This document shows positions 44,823 to 54,794 of a stretch of DNA of 64,000 bases, piece by piece. The stretch spans positions 96,909-160,908 of the forward strand of contig CAVTVX010000009.1 in the NCBI GenBank assembly GCA_963738285.1. Direction: 5' to 3'. How positions within the stretch are numbered: position 1 is the first letter of the stretch; every line of letters starts with the position of its first letter. The notes below the pieces were generated by a model. It made no database searches, was not told the DNA's origin, and worked only from the letters and a program-made list of their open reading frames with translations. The DNA comes from an uncultured Gammaproteobacteria bacterium (lineage in GTDB: Bacteria; Pseudomonadota; Gammaproteobacteria; Steroidobacterales; Steroidobacteraceae). Both the position numbers and the translations under genes were made by a program.

Positions 44823-46526
44823 GTGAACGCCTACGCCTGGGGCATCCTGATCAGCATCGCGGTCTACTTTGTCGTCGGCAACTACGCCGGCCGCAAGGTC
44901 AGGCATATCGACGACTACTTCGTGGCGGGTCGTCAGGCACCCACCCTGCTCATCGTCGGCACGCTGGTGGCGAGCCTGCTGAGCACGAACGCATTTCTTG
45001 CCGAGGTGGGCATCGCGTATTCGGGTCACGGCAGCATCGTACTGGCGCTCGTCGCGGTCAATGTCATCGGTTACATAGCGGGCGCGATGCTTTTCGGCAG
45101 GCACCTGCGCCGCAGCCGCGCGCTGACGGTTGCCGAGTACTTCGGGCGGCGGTTCGCCAGTCGCCGCGTGCAAGTCGTGGCCGGAATCACGATCATCGTC
45201 GGCCTGGGCGCGTACCTGGTGGCGGTCACGCAAGGCGTCGCGTTGATCGTCTCGCAGGTATCGGACCTGTCGTATCCCGCGGCGCTCGTCATCGTCTGGC
45301 TCGGGTACACGGTTTTCACCCTGTACTCGGGTTCGCGCGGCGTCGTCATCACCGATACGATCATGTTCCTGCTGTTCAGCGTCGCCGCCTATGTCGCACT
45401 GGCCTTCGTCGTGTCCTCTTCCGGCGGGTGGTATCCGACGATCGACGCCCTTGCCGTCTATGCGGCCAAGCCGGGAATCATCTCCTGGCACGGCGTGACG
45501 GGGCCGGATGCGACCTGGCACACGCCCGCGGAAGCGCTGACCTGGGCGGTGATACTCGGCCTCGCCTGGTCGGTGGTGGTCGCCGTCAGTCCATGGCAGG
45601 CGAGCCGTTACCTGATGGCGCGCAGCGAGCAGACCGTGCTGCGCGCGGCATGCGGCGCCGCCCTCGCGCTCATATTCATGTATCCGGTCCTGATGCTCTG
45701 CGGGGCCGCCATCAACCTGGGAAATCCGGGCGTCGAACCCGCGGATACGGCGATGATCTGGGCCGCGCAGAACCTCATGCCGACCCTGGCCGGAGTCGTC
45801 CTGATGTCGGGCATCATGGCCGCGGGCCTTTCGTCGGCAACGACATTCCTGTCGCTGGTCGGCTTCAGCGCCAGCAACGACGTCGTGCTCCGCCGGGGCG
45901 GCGACGAACGCGGACTTCTGCGGATCAGCCGGCTCTGCATGCTCGGGGTCGGCCTGCTGGCGCTCGTGCTCGCGCTGGTGTTTCCACCGCGGATTTTCTG
46001 GATCACCTACTTCGCGGCCACCGTTTTTGCGTCGTCATGGGGTCCCGTGGCGTTCATGAGCGTCTGGAGCCGCCGCATCACCGCCGATGCGGCGTTCTGG
46101 GGAATCGTGAGCGGGTTCGTCGGCAACTGCGCGGCCAAGGCGCTGTCGTACGCCGGGATCGTGCGGTTGCCCGTATGGGCCGATCCGATCATTCTGGGCG
46201 TCGTGCTCAGTACGCTCGTGATCCTGTGGGTGTCCAGTCGCGGCACCGTTTCCGAGGCCGAGCATCGCTACCGCGCAAGGCTGCATGTCGTGCCGGAATC
46301 GGAACTCGAAGCGACCGAGCTGCGGCGCACGCGCCGCTGGTCGTGGGTGCTGATGGGCGGCGGAATCATTCTATCCGTCGCGATGCTTGTCTTCTGGGTC
46401 CTTCCGTACCGGGCGGCCGTTGCAACCCCCGGCCTGCCGGGCGGGGAATTCTGGCTGAGCCTCGGTTGCGGGTTCGTGCTGGTCACCTGCGGCCTGGCGC
46501 TTCGCCGCTATCTTCGCGATGACTGA
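44823..46526 (+). CDS. sodium:solute symporter (SSF) family transporter
   Basis: 567 aa with roughly 13-14 TM segments. The N-terminus YFVVGNYAGRKVRHIDDYFVAGR is typical of SSF proteins. Confidence 0.8.
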   Translation: MNAYAWGILISIAVYFVVGNYAGRKVRHIDDYFVAGRQAPTLLIVGTLVASLLSTNAFLAEVGIAYSGHGSIVLALVAVNVIGYIAGAMLFGRHLRRSRALTVAEYFGRRFASRRVQVVAGITIIVGLGAYLVAVTQGVALIVSQVSDLSYPAALVIVWLGYTVFTLYSGSRGVVITDTIMFLLFSVAAYVALAFVVSSSGGWYPTIDALAVYAAKPGIISWHGVTGPDATWHTPAEALTWAVILGLAWSVVVAVSPWQASRYLMARSEQTVLRAACGAALALIFMYPVLMLCGAAINLGNPGVEPADTAMIWAAQNLMPTLAGVVLMSGIMAAGLSSATTFLSLVGFSASNDVVLRRGGDERGLLRISRLCMLGVGLLALVLALVFPPRIFWITYFAATVFASSWGPVAFMSVWSRRITADAAFWGIVSGFVGNCAAKALSYAGIVRLPVWADPIILGVVLSTLVILWVSSRGTVSEAEHRYRARLHVVPESELEATELRRTRRWSWVLMGGGIILSVAMLVFWVLPYRAAVATPGLPGGEFWLSLGCGFVLVTCGLALRRYLRDD

Positions 46527-48309
46527 GATCCGCCGGCACAGGTCCAGTCTTGCCGCGGTGCTGGCGTTCGCCGCCGTCACGGCGCTGACGGGGTCGGATC
46601 AGGCCGGACCCGTGACTTCGCCACAGGGCGTGCGCGTCGAGTCCGGACTCATGATCGAGATGCGCGACGGCATCCGCCTCTCGACGGACCTGTACTTTCC
46701 TGCGGGAGTCGAAGGCAAGCTGCCGGTGATCCTGTGGCGCTCCATCTACGACAAGACGGGCGCTTACGACCGGGAGCCGGGCATGAAGGAACTCGTCGCC
46801 CATGGTTACGTGGCGGCCATACAGGACACGCGTGGCCGCGGCCAATCGGAAGGGGCATTCACACCCAGTGTCGGCGATCGCAACGACGGCTACGACACCG
46901 TGTCTTGGCTCGTTAGCCAGCCCTGGTCGAATGGCAAGGTGGGATCGGCCGGCTGCTCCTCGCTGGGCGAGTCGCAGCTCCTGCTCGCCGCTGCGCGACA
47001 CCCGAACCACGTGACCGCCATACCGCAGGCGGCGGCATCCGCCCTCAACGTTCGAGGCAGGCCGTGGGCCTCCTTCGACGGCGGAGCGTTCGAACTGGCG
47101 CAAACGGCCGGCTGGTTCAGCGTCGACGGCAGCGGGGTGGACTACGGCACGCTGCCCATCATCGATATCCTGAAGAGAGCCGGGCGCCCGCCATCGCATT
47201 ACGAGAAATTCGCGTCCAGCAGTCCCGAGGCGCCCTATTTCATGAGCCTGGAATGGATCCGCCCGACCGATCGCCTGGACCTGCCTGCGCTCTTCTTCGA
47301 CTCCTGGTACGACTACGGTCCCGAGGAGACGCTGGAGCTTTTCAACCTGATGCGCGAGCAGTCCGCCCGCGCCGTCGCGCGGGACAACCAATTTGTCATC
47401 ATCGCGCCCGGCACGCATTGCGGATATGAATCCGCCGCCGAGCACACGATCGTCGGTGCACGCGATCTCGGCGATGCACGCTTCGACGTCATGGGCCTGA
47501 AGCTGCGCTGGTACGACCATTGGCTCAAGGGCGCCGACAACGGCGTCACCGAAATGCCGAAGGTCCAGTACTACCTCATGGGCGCGAATCGCTGGCAGAG
47601 CGCTGACGCCTGGCCGATCCCCGGCACGCGCTACGCGAAGTTGTACCTGGCGAGCAGGGGCGGGGCCAACGGCCTGCATGGCGGCGGAAGGCTGTCATTC
47701 GACGCCCCGGCAGGCGATGAGGCGGACACGTTCACCTACAACCCGGCGAATCCCGTTCCGTCCCTGGGCGGGCACTCCTGCTGCACCGGAACGGATACGG
47801 AAGCCGGATCCTATGACCAGACGAAGATCGAGATGCGCGACGACGTGCTGGTGTACACCAGCGCGGAGCTGAAAGCGGGGATCGAAGTCACGGGCCCGCT
47901 CGAGGTCGTGCTGCAGGTGTCATCGACCGCACACGATACCGACTTCACGGCCAAGCTCGTCGACGTCTATCCGGACGGCCGCGCATTCAACGTGGAAGAG
48001 GGCGCGCTGAGGATGAGGTACCGGGAGGGATTCGACCAGGACCTGCGCATGGATCCGGGCGCAATCTACGAGGCCAGGCTGGACCTGCACGTCACGAGCA
48101 ATTATTTCGGGGCGGGTCACCGCATCCGGCTGGAAGTGTCCAGCTCGAATTTTCCGCGCTGGGACCGCAACCTGAATACCGGAGGCAGGAACTACGATGA
48201 ATCGGCTTTCCTCGTGGCCAGGAACACGGTGCACCACTCGAAGGCGCATGCGTCCTACCTCGTCCTTCCCATCGTCGAGCCTGGGTATCGACTGTCGCCA
48301 ATGCCATAG
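46519..48309 (+). CDS. CocE/NonD-family (S15, X-Pro dipeptidyl-peptidase-like) hydrolase, exported
   Basis: 596 aa with a signal peptide, RSIYDK, GRGQSEG, GCSSLG (nucleophile elbow), and a C-terminal SSNFPRWDRNLNTG. Confidence 0.85.
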   Translation: MTEIRRHRSSLAAVLAFAAVTALTGSDQAGPVTSPQGVRVESGLMIEMRDGIRLSTDLYFPAGVEGKLPVILWRSIYDKTGAYDREPGMKELVAHGYVAAIQDTRGRGQSEGAFTPSVGDRNDGYDTVSWLVSQPWSNGKVGSAGCSSLGESQLLLAAARHPNHVTAIPQAAASALNVRGRPWASFDGGAFELAQTAGWFSVDGSGVDYGTLPIIDILKRAGRPPSHYEKFASSSPEAPYFMSLEWIRPTDRLDLPALFFDSWYDYGPEETLELFNLMREQSARAVARDNQFVIIAPGTHCGYESAAEHTIVGARDLGDARFDVMGLKLRWYDHWLKGADNGVTEMPKVQYYLMGANRWQSADAWPIPGTRYAKLYLASRGGANGLHGGGRLSFDAPAGDEADTFTYNPANPVPSLGGHSCCTGTDTEAGSYDQTKIEMRDDVLVYTSAELKAGIEVTGPLEVVLQVSSTAHDTDFTAKLVDVYPDGRAFNVEEGALRMRYREGFDQDLRMDPGAIYEARLDLHVTSNYFGAGHRIRLEVSSSNFPRWDRNLNTGGRNYDESAFLVARNTVHHSKAHASYLVLPIVEPGYRLSPMP

Positions 48310-48333
48310 ACCGCTCAGGCCAGTCCGGCGCGA

Positions 48334-49947
48334 CTACCGGAACAGCGCGAAGGACTTGCTGAGCGTGATCCACACGGCCCAGGCGAGCGGAATCGCGATC
48401 GCCGTCCACGCCACGATCAGCACGGCATGCCCGCCACTCGCAAGCCGCGCCGGTGCCGATTGCATGAGCGCCGCCTGCTCGTGCGCCTGGGCGCGCTCCG
48501 CCGCGAGCTGCTCCGCCGTCATGTAATGTTGTTCCCTCACCGGCCGGATCATCAGGTTGCACAGCAGCCCGCCGAACAGCATCGCGGCGAGCACATACAT
48601 CGTGATGTTGTACGCCTGGCTGGGCGGCACGCCATGGGCGAGCTGGAACTCGCGGATGTAATTCACGACGACCGGGCCGACGATGCCGGCCGCGGACCAG
48701 GCGGTCAGGATCCGCCCGTGTATCGCACCCACGTGTTGCGTGCCGAAGATATCCGCCAGGTACGCGGGAATCGTGGCGAATCCCCCGCCGTACATCGTGA
48801 GGATGACGCAAAATATGGCCACGAACGCGGCGATTCGACCGGTCTCCCCGGCGAGCGGCGCGCTCACGTAGAGCGCGATCCCGAGCAGGAAGAAGACCAT
48901 GTACGTGACCTTGCGGCCGATCACGTCGGAAAGCGACGCCCAGAAAATGCGCCCGGCGATGTTGAACAGCGAGAGGAGGCCCGCAAAGGCCGCTGCAATC
49001 GTCGCCACCTGCGCGCGCTGGTCGTCGGCGAGCTGCGCGAGGCGCAATGGCAGGCCGATCAGCCGTCCTCCGAACACTTCCTGCAGCATGGGCGAGGCCA
49101 TGCCGATCACGCCGATGCCCGCGCTCACGTTCAGCCACAACACGCCCCAGAGCAGCCAGAATTGCGGCGTGCGCAGCGACCGATTGACATGTACATGCTG
49201 CGATGTGACCAGGCGGCGGCTGTTCACGGCCGGCATATACCCAGCGGGTTGCCAGCCGGGCGGCGGCAGTCGATAGCCGAACGCACCCAGCATCATCGCA
49301 ACCAGGTAGAGGCATCCCAGGACCAGGAATGTCTGCCCGACACCCACGGTCGTGGCGTCCGCAAACAGATTCATCAGGCGGTCGGCAAGCGGCGCGCCGA
49401 TCATCGCGCCGCCGCCGAATCCCATGATGGCAAGCCCGGTCGCCATGCCGCGGCGATCCGGGAACCACTTGATCAGCGTGGAGACGGGCGAGATGTAGCC
49501 GAGGCCGAGTCCGATGCCCCCGATGACGCCGGATCCCAGCCAGATCAGCCAGACCTGGTGCAGGTAAATGCCGGCTGAGGAAACGAAGAATCCGCCGCCC
49601 CAGCACAGGGCCGCGACGAATCCGGCCTTGCGCGGCCCGGCCGTTTCGAGCCAGTGGCCGAACAGCGCCGCCGATGAACCGAGCACGACGAAGAAGAGCG
49701 TGTAAGTCCAGCCGAGCATCGAGACCGGCCAGTCGCAACGCGCGGACGTGATGAGTTCGAGGAAACCCGCGCCGGCGCAGGTTGCCGGTTCCTGGATTCC
49801 CACGGCCCGTGCCAGCGGCAGCCAGAACACGCTGAAGCCGTAGGCCATGCCGATGGAAAGCTGAATCGCGAGGGCCGCCGGCGGCACTAGCCAGCGATTG
49901 AAGCCTGGGGGCGCAATTGTTCGTTCCTTGTCGAGCAGGCGCAACAT
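48334..49947 (-). CDS. MFS transporter, oxalate/formate antiporter (OFA) family
   Basis: Trimmed to MLRLLDKERTIAPPGFNRWLVPPAALAIQLSIGMAYGFSVFWLPL. It has about 12 TM segments. Confidence 0.8.
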   Translation of the reverse strand: MLRLLDKERTIAPPGFNRWLVPPAALAIQLSIGMAYGFSVFWLPLARAVGIQEPATCAGAGFLELITSARCDWPVSMLGWTYTLFFVVLGSSAALFGHWLETAGPRKAGFVAALCWGGGFFVSSAGIYLHQVWLIWLGSGVIGGIGLGLGYISPVSTLIKWFPDRRGMATGLAIMGFGGGAMIGAPLADRLMNLFADATTVGVGQTFLVLGCLYLVAMMLGAFGYRLPPPGWQPAGYMPAVNSRRLVTSQHVHVNRSLRTPQFWLLWGVLWLNVSAGIGVIGMASPMLQEVFGGRLIGLPLRLAQLADDQRAQVATIAAAFAGLLSLFNIAGRIFWASLSDVIGRKVTYMVFFLLGIALYVSAPLAGETGRIAAFVAIFCVILTMYGGGFATIPAYLADIFGTQHVGAIHGRILTAWSAAGIVGPVVVNYIREFQLAHGVPPSQAYNITMYVLAAMLFGGLLCNLMIRPVREQHYMTAEQLAAERAQAHEQAALMQSAPARLASGGHAVLIVAWTAIAIPLAWAVWITLSKSFALFR

Positions 49948-49979
49948 GAAGGGCAGGGGTGGGTCGGGGGGCACCTGGT

Positions 49980-51206
49980 TCAATCCTTCAGGACCCGCGC
50001 GAGGACATCGCACGCCCAGTCGACTTCATCGCGCGTGATGACGAGCGGTGGCGAGATGCGTACCGTGTGCTCGTGCGTGTCCTTGGCCAGCAGGCCCGCG
50101 TCGCGCAATTTCTCGCAGTAATGGTGGGCGCCTCCGGCCTCGGGGTGGAGCTCGACAGCGAGCATTAAACCGCGCCCGCGAACCTGGCGGACGACGGGGC
50201 TCTTGATGCTTTCGAGCTGCGCGCGGAAGTGAGCCCCCTGCCGCGCCGCGTTCGCAATCATGTCTTCTTCGACCAGCACCTTGAGCGCCATGCGCGCGAT
50301 CGCGCAGGCGAGCGGATTGCCGCCGAACGTGCTGCCGTGCTGGCCGGGCTTGAGAACGCCGAGGACCTCGGTATTCGAGAGGACGGCCGACACGGGATAG
50401 AAGCCGCCGGACAAGGCCTTGCCGATCAGCGTCACGTCCGCCTCGATGCCTTCGTGCTCTTCGGCCAGCAGCTTTCCGGTGCGGCCGAGCCCGGTCTGGA
50501 TTTCGTCGAGGATCAGGGTGACGTTGCGCTCGCTGCAGAGCGACCGCACGCGTGAAAAGTAACCGGCAGGCGGAATGATGACACCGGCTTCTCCCTGGAT
50601 GGGCTCGACCAGGAACGCCACCGTGTTCTCGTTGATGGCCGCCGCGAGAGCGTCGAAGTCCCCGAAGGGAACGACTCGAAAGCCCGGGGCAAACGGGCCG
50701 AAGCCGCCGCGCGCGTCAGGATCGGTGCTGAAGCCCACGATGCCGAGCGTGCGCCCATGGAAGTTGTTCGAGCAGACGATGATCTCGGCGCGGTCTGCGG
50801 CCACGCCCTTCACTTCATAGCCCCACTTGCGCACCGCCTTGAGGGCCGACTCGACGGCCTCGGCGCCGCTGTTCATCGGAAGAATCTTGTGGGAACGCGT
50901 CAGCTTCGCCAGGTCCTCGTAGAACAGGGACAGTTGATCGTTGCGGAAAGCACGCGAGGTGAGCGTCAATCGTCCAGCCTGCTCCAGCATCGCCGCCAGG
51001 ATTCGCGGGTGGCAGTGGCCCTGGTTCAGCGCCGAATAGGCCGACAGGCAATCGAGGTAGCGCTTGCCGTCGCCGTCCCACACCCAGATGCCCTTGCCGC
51101 GGACGAGTACGACATCGAGCGGCTCGTAGTTGTGCGCGCCGAGGCGCGATTCGATCGCAATTACGTCCTGCGCGGCCGGTCCCATGTGCATCTCAGGATC
51201 CCGCAT
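49980..51206 (-). CDS. rocD: ornithine--oxo-acid aminotransferase
   Basis: 408 aa with [40 protein letters not shown] and [12 protein letters not shown]. The start may be an internal ATG at 51191 or 51185. Confidence 0.9.
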   Translation of the reverse strand: MRDPEMHMGPAAQDVIAIESRLGAHNYEPLDVVLVRGKGIWVWDGDGKRYLDCLSAYSALNQGHCHPRILAAMLEQAGRLTLTSRAFRNDQLSLFYEDLAKLTRSHKILPMNSGAEAVESALKAVRKWGYEVKGVAADRAEIIVCSNNFHGRTLGIVGFSTDPDARGGFGPFAPGFRVVPFGDFDALAAAINENTVAFLVEPIQGEAGVIIPPAGYFSRVRSLCSERNVTLILDEIQTGLGRTGKLLAEEHEGIEADVTLIGKALSGGFYPVSAVLSNTEVLGVLKPGQHGSTFGGNPLACAIARMALKVLVEEDMIANAARQGAHFRAQLESIKSPVVRQVRGRGLMLAVELHPEAGGAHHYCEKLRDAGLLAKDTHEHTVRISPPLVITRDEVDWACDVLARVLKD

Positions 51207-52122
51207 CGGCGCTCCTTCGCATCAGCGTGCTCTTGCCGAACAACGATCCGACCAGGTCGACCGCGACCTCAGCGGAACGGTTGCGGACGTCGAGCGCCGG
51301 GTTCAGCTCCGTGATATCGAGTGATGCCAGCAGGCCCGTGTCCGCGACCATTTCCATGCACAACTGCGCCTCACGGTAGGAAGGCCCGCCCGGCACCGTG
51401 GTGCCGACGCCCGGCGCGATGTCCGGATCGAGGAAATCGATGTCGAAACTGACATGCAGGTGCGTCTGCCGGTCGAGATTCGCGAGCGCTGAATTCATGG
51501 TTGCCCGCATGCCCATTTCATCGATGTAGCGCATGTCGAAGACTTCGAATCCGAGTGCATGCACGAAGCGCTTTTCGTCAGGATCGACACTGCGGATGCC
51601 GATCTGGCTGATTTCTCCGGGCAGCACGACAGGTGCCTTGCCCCCGATCTCCACCAGTTCGCGCGGTCCATAGCCGCACAGTATGGCGACCGGCATGCCG
51701 TGAATATTACCGCTGGGCGTGAGCACGTTGGTGTTCGAGTCCGCGTGCGCGTCGAACCACAGCACCCGCAAATTGCGGCCGGACTCGCGGCAGTGCCGCG
51801 CTGCCGCGCTGATCGAGCCGATGGCGAGACTGTGGTCTCCGCCCAGCAGAATCGGCAGGCGGCCTGCCCTGAATTCGGCGTGGCAGGCATTGTGAGTCGA
51901 GCGATTCCACGCGATGACTTCGGGCAGGTGCCGGTAGCCGTCGACCGGCGGCCGGTTGGGGTTTCCGGGTCCTTGCAGGTTGCCGCGGTCGGCCACCTCG
52001 ACTCCCTGCGATTCGAGCATGGTCTGCAAGTGGGCCACGCGCAGTGCTTCCGGTCCCATCGACGCGCCGCGCGTGCCGGCACCGATGTCCGAGGGTGCGC
52101 CGATGATCGAAACTTTCCTCAT
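51193..52122 (-). CDS. rocF: arginase
   Basis: ORF 51193-52680 trimmed to [24 protein letters not shown]. Metal-site motifs are present: GGDHS, DAHAD and SFDIDFLDP. Confidence 0.9.
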   Translation of the reverse strand: MRKVSIIGAPSDIGAGTRGASMGPEALRVAHLQTMLESQGVEVADRGNLQGPGNPNRPPVDGYRHLPEVIAWNRSTHNACHAEFRAGRLPILLGGDHSLAIGSISAAARHCRESGRNLRVLWFDAHADSNTNVLTPSGNIHGMPVAILCGYGPRELVEIGGKAPVVLPGEISQIGIRSVDPDEKRFVHALGFEVFDMRYIDEMGMRATMNSALANLDRQTHLHVSFDIDFLDPDIAPGVGTTVPGGPSYREAQLCMEMVADTGLLASLDITELNPALDVRNRSAEVAVDLVGSLFGKSTLMRRSADAGS

Positions 52123-52144
52123 TCTTTTCTTCAAGTGACGCAGT

Positions 52145-52205
52145 GACCGGGGTGAAGCGTTACCCACAGTCCCTGCCAGGTCAAATTGGGCCGGGGTGAG
52201 CCGGG
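52145..52205. repeat. degenerate tRNA-Pro 3'-end-like repeat unit R0 (two GGGGTGA cores about 44 nt apart)
   Basis: The cores lie at 52149-52155 (in CCGGGGTGAAG) and 52193-52199 (in CCGGGGTGAGC). Confidence 0.5.
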
Positions 52206-53110
52206 ACACGCAAAGGTAACGGCTTCGAGTGATTATTGCACCGAGCCACCGAGCCTTGTTGATTGATCGCATGTTGAAGGGCCACGGCAAGCGCCGGGTG
52301 GCGACCAGAATGAGCTGAAGTTGCAGGCCATGACGATCGACAGTTGAATGGCCAGAGCGGCCGGTGGCGTAGATCACAACGCTTGCATTGAATTGCAGTG
52401 ACCCGCGATCAGGCGGGACCAAGATCAAACGGGAGTGCCATTCTGATTGTCGCGGAAGCGCGATACGCGCGCGCCACTGCCCATCGCAATTGTTTCGGCA
52501 AGGATTTTGTTGAACTTGCCCGATATCTGATTCCTTGGGCGGCGGTGGCATGGGCTGAAGTGCGGCGGGCCTGGACGACGACGCGTGCCCCGATCCCGCA
52601 ACGTTCGGGCTGGCGCTCTCGGTTTGAATGGTTGTGTCGTCCCCGGTGCCGTCGTCTTGAGCGACAACGGCACGCGGCATTGATGCCGCGCCGTGCGTAA
52701 ATCAACTCGCGCCGGTCGAGGAAGTCTTCGAACCGTTGCTGAATGGCCTGCATAGGGCGCCTGAAGTCAAAGTGCTGACGCTGGTTCCGAGGAATCGTTG
52801 GCCGCTTTCTACTTGGATCGAATTCCTGGGCAGCGGCTCGATGCGACTTGAGTCGCAGGAACCCGAAGATTTTGTGCCATTCCCGGACCGGACCGATTGA
52901 TAAGTCGAATATCCCACGAGGCACCTGGCGGCAGGCGCTACGTGTCGTTGAGCCATCGGGCGCAATAAGACACTGACCCCGATTTTCAATGGCAAACGGT
53001 GCTTCGACGACCGCGTGCATGAGTTCGGTGCCGTTCGCGGCGCGGAACTGCAAGCAGCCATCATAGCCAGGCTTGGAACGCCAGTCGTGGACTCAAGATG
53101 AAAGAATTCA

Positions 53111-53171
53111 TGGTCGGGGTGAATCGCTGCCCGAAGTCGTTCCCATGCCCCGTACGGATCAGGGTGAAGTG
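53111..53171. repeat. tRNA-Pro 3'-end direct repeat unit R1 (TGGTCGGGGTGAA...GGGTGAAGTG)
   Basis: The first 12 nt are identical to the plus-strand image of the tRNA-Pro 3' end including CCA (56231-56242). The remaining about 48 nt align with unit R3. Confidence 0.8.
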
Positions 53172-53228
53172 GCGCGCCGTCAAAGGTCCCGCGTCGTCCG
53201 TGTGTCCCAGGTGAGGGCGTATGCTCGC

Positions 53229-53687
53229 ATGGCGATGCGAGAGGCCAAACGCCGCATTGATAGACGCCCAGGCGCATTCTTGGGCACGATCGTCTTATGC
53301 CTATTGGCTGCCGAAATGGGACAGGCTGACGACGAGAAGTCAAACGCCGACAAGCCTTCTGACTTGCCACGCTCGCTGGTTGCGACAAGTTCGGCAGGCA
53401 AGCCGCTGAACTTACTGGTGACTCGGGCAGAACTGCGGTCGTTCGTCCGTAATTATGAGCTTAGAACCGGAGACATTCTCACCGCTCCAATCGACGAGAA
53501 CGAGATCGAAGTAACAGCGCCCCGTGAGCTCGCGCCAATGCGCGATGCGAGCCAAGACGTTGGAGGAGGGATTGCCGCGCCTTTCTGGGCGATCATGCAT
53601 CCTAAGAACGCGTGGCGAATCTTCGTTCCAATTCCGCCTAAAGACCAACCGGAAGAAGCAAATCATCCAGCCCCAGACCCGCGATAA
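53229..53687 (+). CDS. hypothetical secreted protein (island cassette 2)
   Basis: ORF 53073-53687 trimmed to MAMREAKRRIDRRPGAFLGTIVLCLLAAEMGQA (signal/anchor). GC content is lower than the flanks. I recognise no family. Confidence 0.4.
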   Translation: MAMREAKRRIDRRPGAFLGTIVLCLLAAEMGQADDEKSNADKPSDLPRSLVATSSAGKPLNLLVTRAELRSFVRNYELRTGDILTAPIDENEIEVTAPRELAPMRDASQDVGGGIAAPFWAIMHPKNAWRIFVPIPPKDQPEEANHPAPDPR

Positions 53688-53701
53688 GGTTTAGGTATCT
53701 T

Positions 53702-53785
53702 TGGTCGGGGTGAATCGCTACCGGGTGTCCGTGTAGTCGCCATCCGGGTGCTGGTCAAGCCGGACACTGGCGATTCACCGGGTGC
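53702..53785. repeat. tRNA-Pro 3'-end direct repeat unit R2, with an internal hairpin (GGTGAATCGC ... GCGATTCACC)
   Basis: TGGTCGGGGTGAATCGC is identical to R1 over 17 nt. A 10-bp inverted repeat lies within the unit. Confidence 0.75.
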
Positions 53786-53849
53786 GGCGAAATTACCGCC
53801 TTGAAGCGGACGCATCCGGCGGTGCGCGCCGGGTCAGCCTAAACTGACG

Positions 53850-54794
53850 ATGAACCCACAATTTCGAGGGCACCTGATGTTCCGCATGCGTATCGCTTCG
53901 CTCATCCTTCTGGCGGCACTACCGACCAGCGGTAACGTCGCGAATTCCGCTGACCGCGACCAGAAGGCGATTCTCGTAACCGGCGCCAGCACAGGAATCG
54001 GTCGAAAAATCACAGAACGACTGGCGGCAGATGGATATTTCGTCTATGCCGGCGCTCGTAAGGAAGCCGATCTCCAAGCACTTGGAGCCATAAAGAACGT
54101 ACAGGCCGTGCGTCTGGACGTGACCAAATCCCAGGACATCGACGCCGCGGTCGCGACAGTGACGAAGGCCGGGCGCGGTTTGTATGGACTCGTCAACAAT
54201 GCCGGGGTTGTCACGATTGGACCGCTGATCGAAACAAGGCCTGAGGAATTCGATCTCATGATGCAGGTCAATGCCTATGGTCCGTATCGCGTGACCAAGG
54301 CCTTCGCACCGCTGATCGTTGCTCACCGCGGCCGCATCATTAACATCGGCTCGATCAGTGGAATTCTCAACGATCCCGGGGCTGGGGCTTATCAAATGAG
54401 CAAGCACGCCCTTGAGACCTTCAGCGCTACGCTGGCGCAGGAACTGGCCCCGTCTGGCGTGCGGGTCTGCATTGTCGAGCCGGGCGGTTACAAATCCGAC
54501 ATCTACAAGAATGAGGTTGAGCGATCAGGCACGGGCAAGCAGTACGTGGATGAATGGGCCAAGCTCAAGGAGCCCGATGAAGTGGCGGCCGCAGTCGAGG
54601 CGGCGTTGTTCGAGCCGAAACCAAAGCTGCGTTATATGGTGGTTCCGGTCCAGGAGCAGGCCGAGATCACGATCAAAGCGCAAATCGAGCAACTCGTTCA
54701 GCTCAACGAGGGACAACCGTACACTTACGATCGCGCGACGCTCATAAGAATGCTCGATGCTGCGCTCGTGGGAGCGCGACCTCGATCGAAATAA
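53850..54794 (+). CDS. short-chain dehydrogenase/reductase (SDR) with N-terminal signal-like segment (island cassette 3)
   Basis: TGASTGIG, NNAG and YQMSKHA (YxxxK) are present. The N-terminus is MFRMRIASLILLAALPTSG. The start could be 53850 or 53877. Confidence 0.85.
   Translation: MNPQFRGHLMFRMRIASLILLAALPTSGNVANSADRDQKAILVTGASTGIGRKITERLAADGYFVYAGARKEADLQALGAIKNVQAVRLDVTKSQDIDAAVATVTKAGRGLYGLVNNAGVVTIGPLIETRPEEFDLMMQVNAYGPYRVTKAFAPLIVAHRGRIINIGSISGILNDPGAGAYQMSKHALETFSATLAQELAPSGVRVCIVEPGGYKSDIYKNEVERSGTGKQYVDEWAKLKEPDEVAAAVEAALFEPKPKLRYMVVPVQEQAEITIKAQIEQLVQLNEGQPYTYDRATLIRMLDAALVGARPRSK

Noticed and set aside
43293-45521. A 742-aa minus-strand ORF. Similar cases are 10250-11788, 24381-26369, 31444-33276, 46483-47679 and 48092-49738 (all -), and 252-770, 2038-3111 and 29357-30910 (all +).
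   Set aside because: Each lies antisense to a gene with clear family motifs. All have Arg/Ala/Gly/Pro-rich, low-complexity translations and no recognisable domains.
51193-52680. A 495-aa ORF extending the arginase gene about 560 nt upstream into the lower-GC region.
   Set aside because: The arginase homology begins at [12 protein letters not shown] (start 52122). The upstream extension has no protein-like character and crosses the repeat unit R0.
52409-53053. A 214-aa minus-strand ORF (and overlapping ORFs) in the first island unit. I considered it as a remnant of the missing integrase or transposase.
   Set aside because: I cannot recognise any tyrosine-recombinase (R..HxxR..Y), DDE or other mobile-element motif. 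The C-terminal half is Arg-rich nonsense. It is left uncalled and would need a translated search allowing frameshifts.
53073-53228. An N-terminal extension (TTG start) of the cassette-2 ORF that runs through repeat R1.
   Set aside because: The more conventional start is the ATG at 53229, just before the hydrophobic signal-like segment. The extension is discussed as a finding but not annotated as coding.
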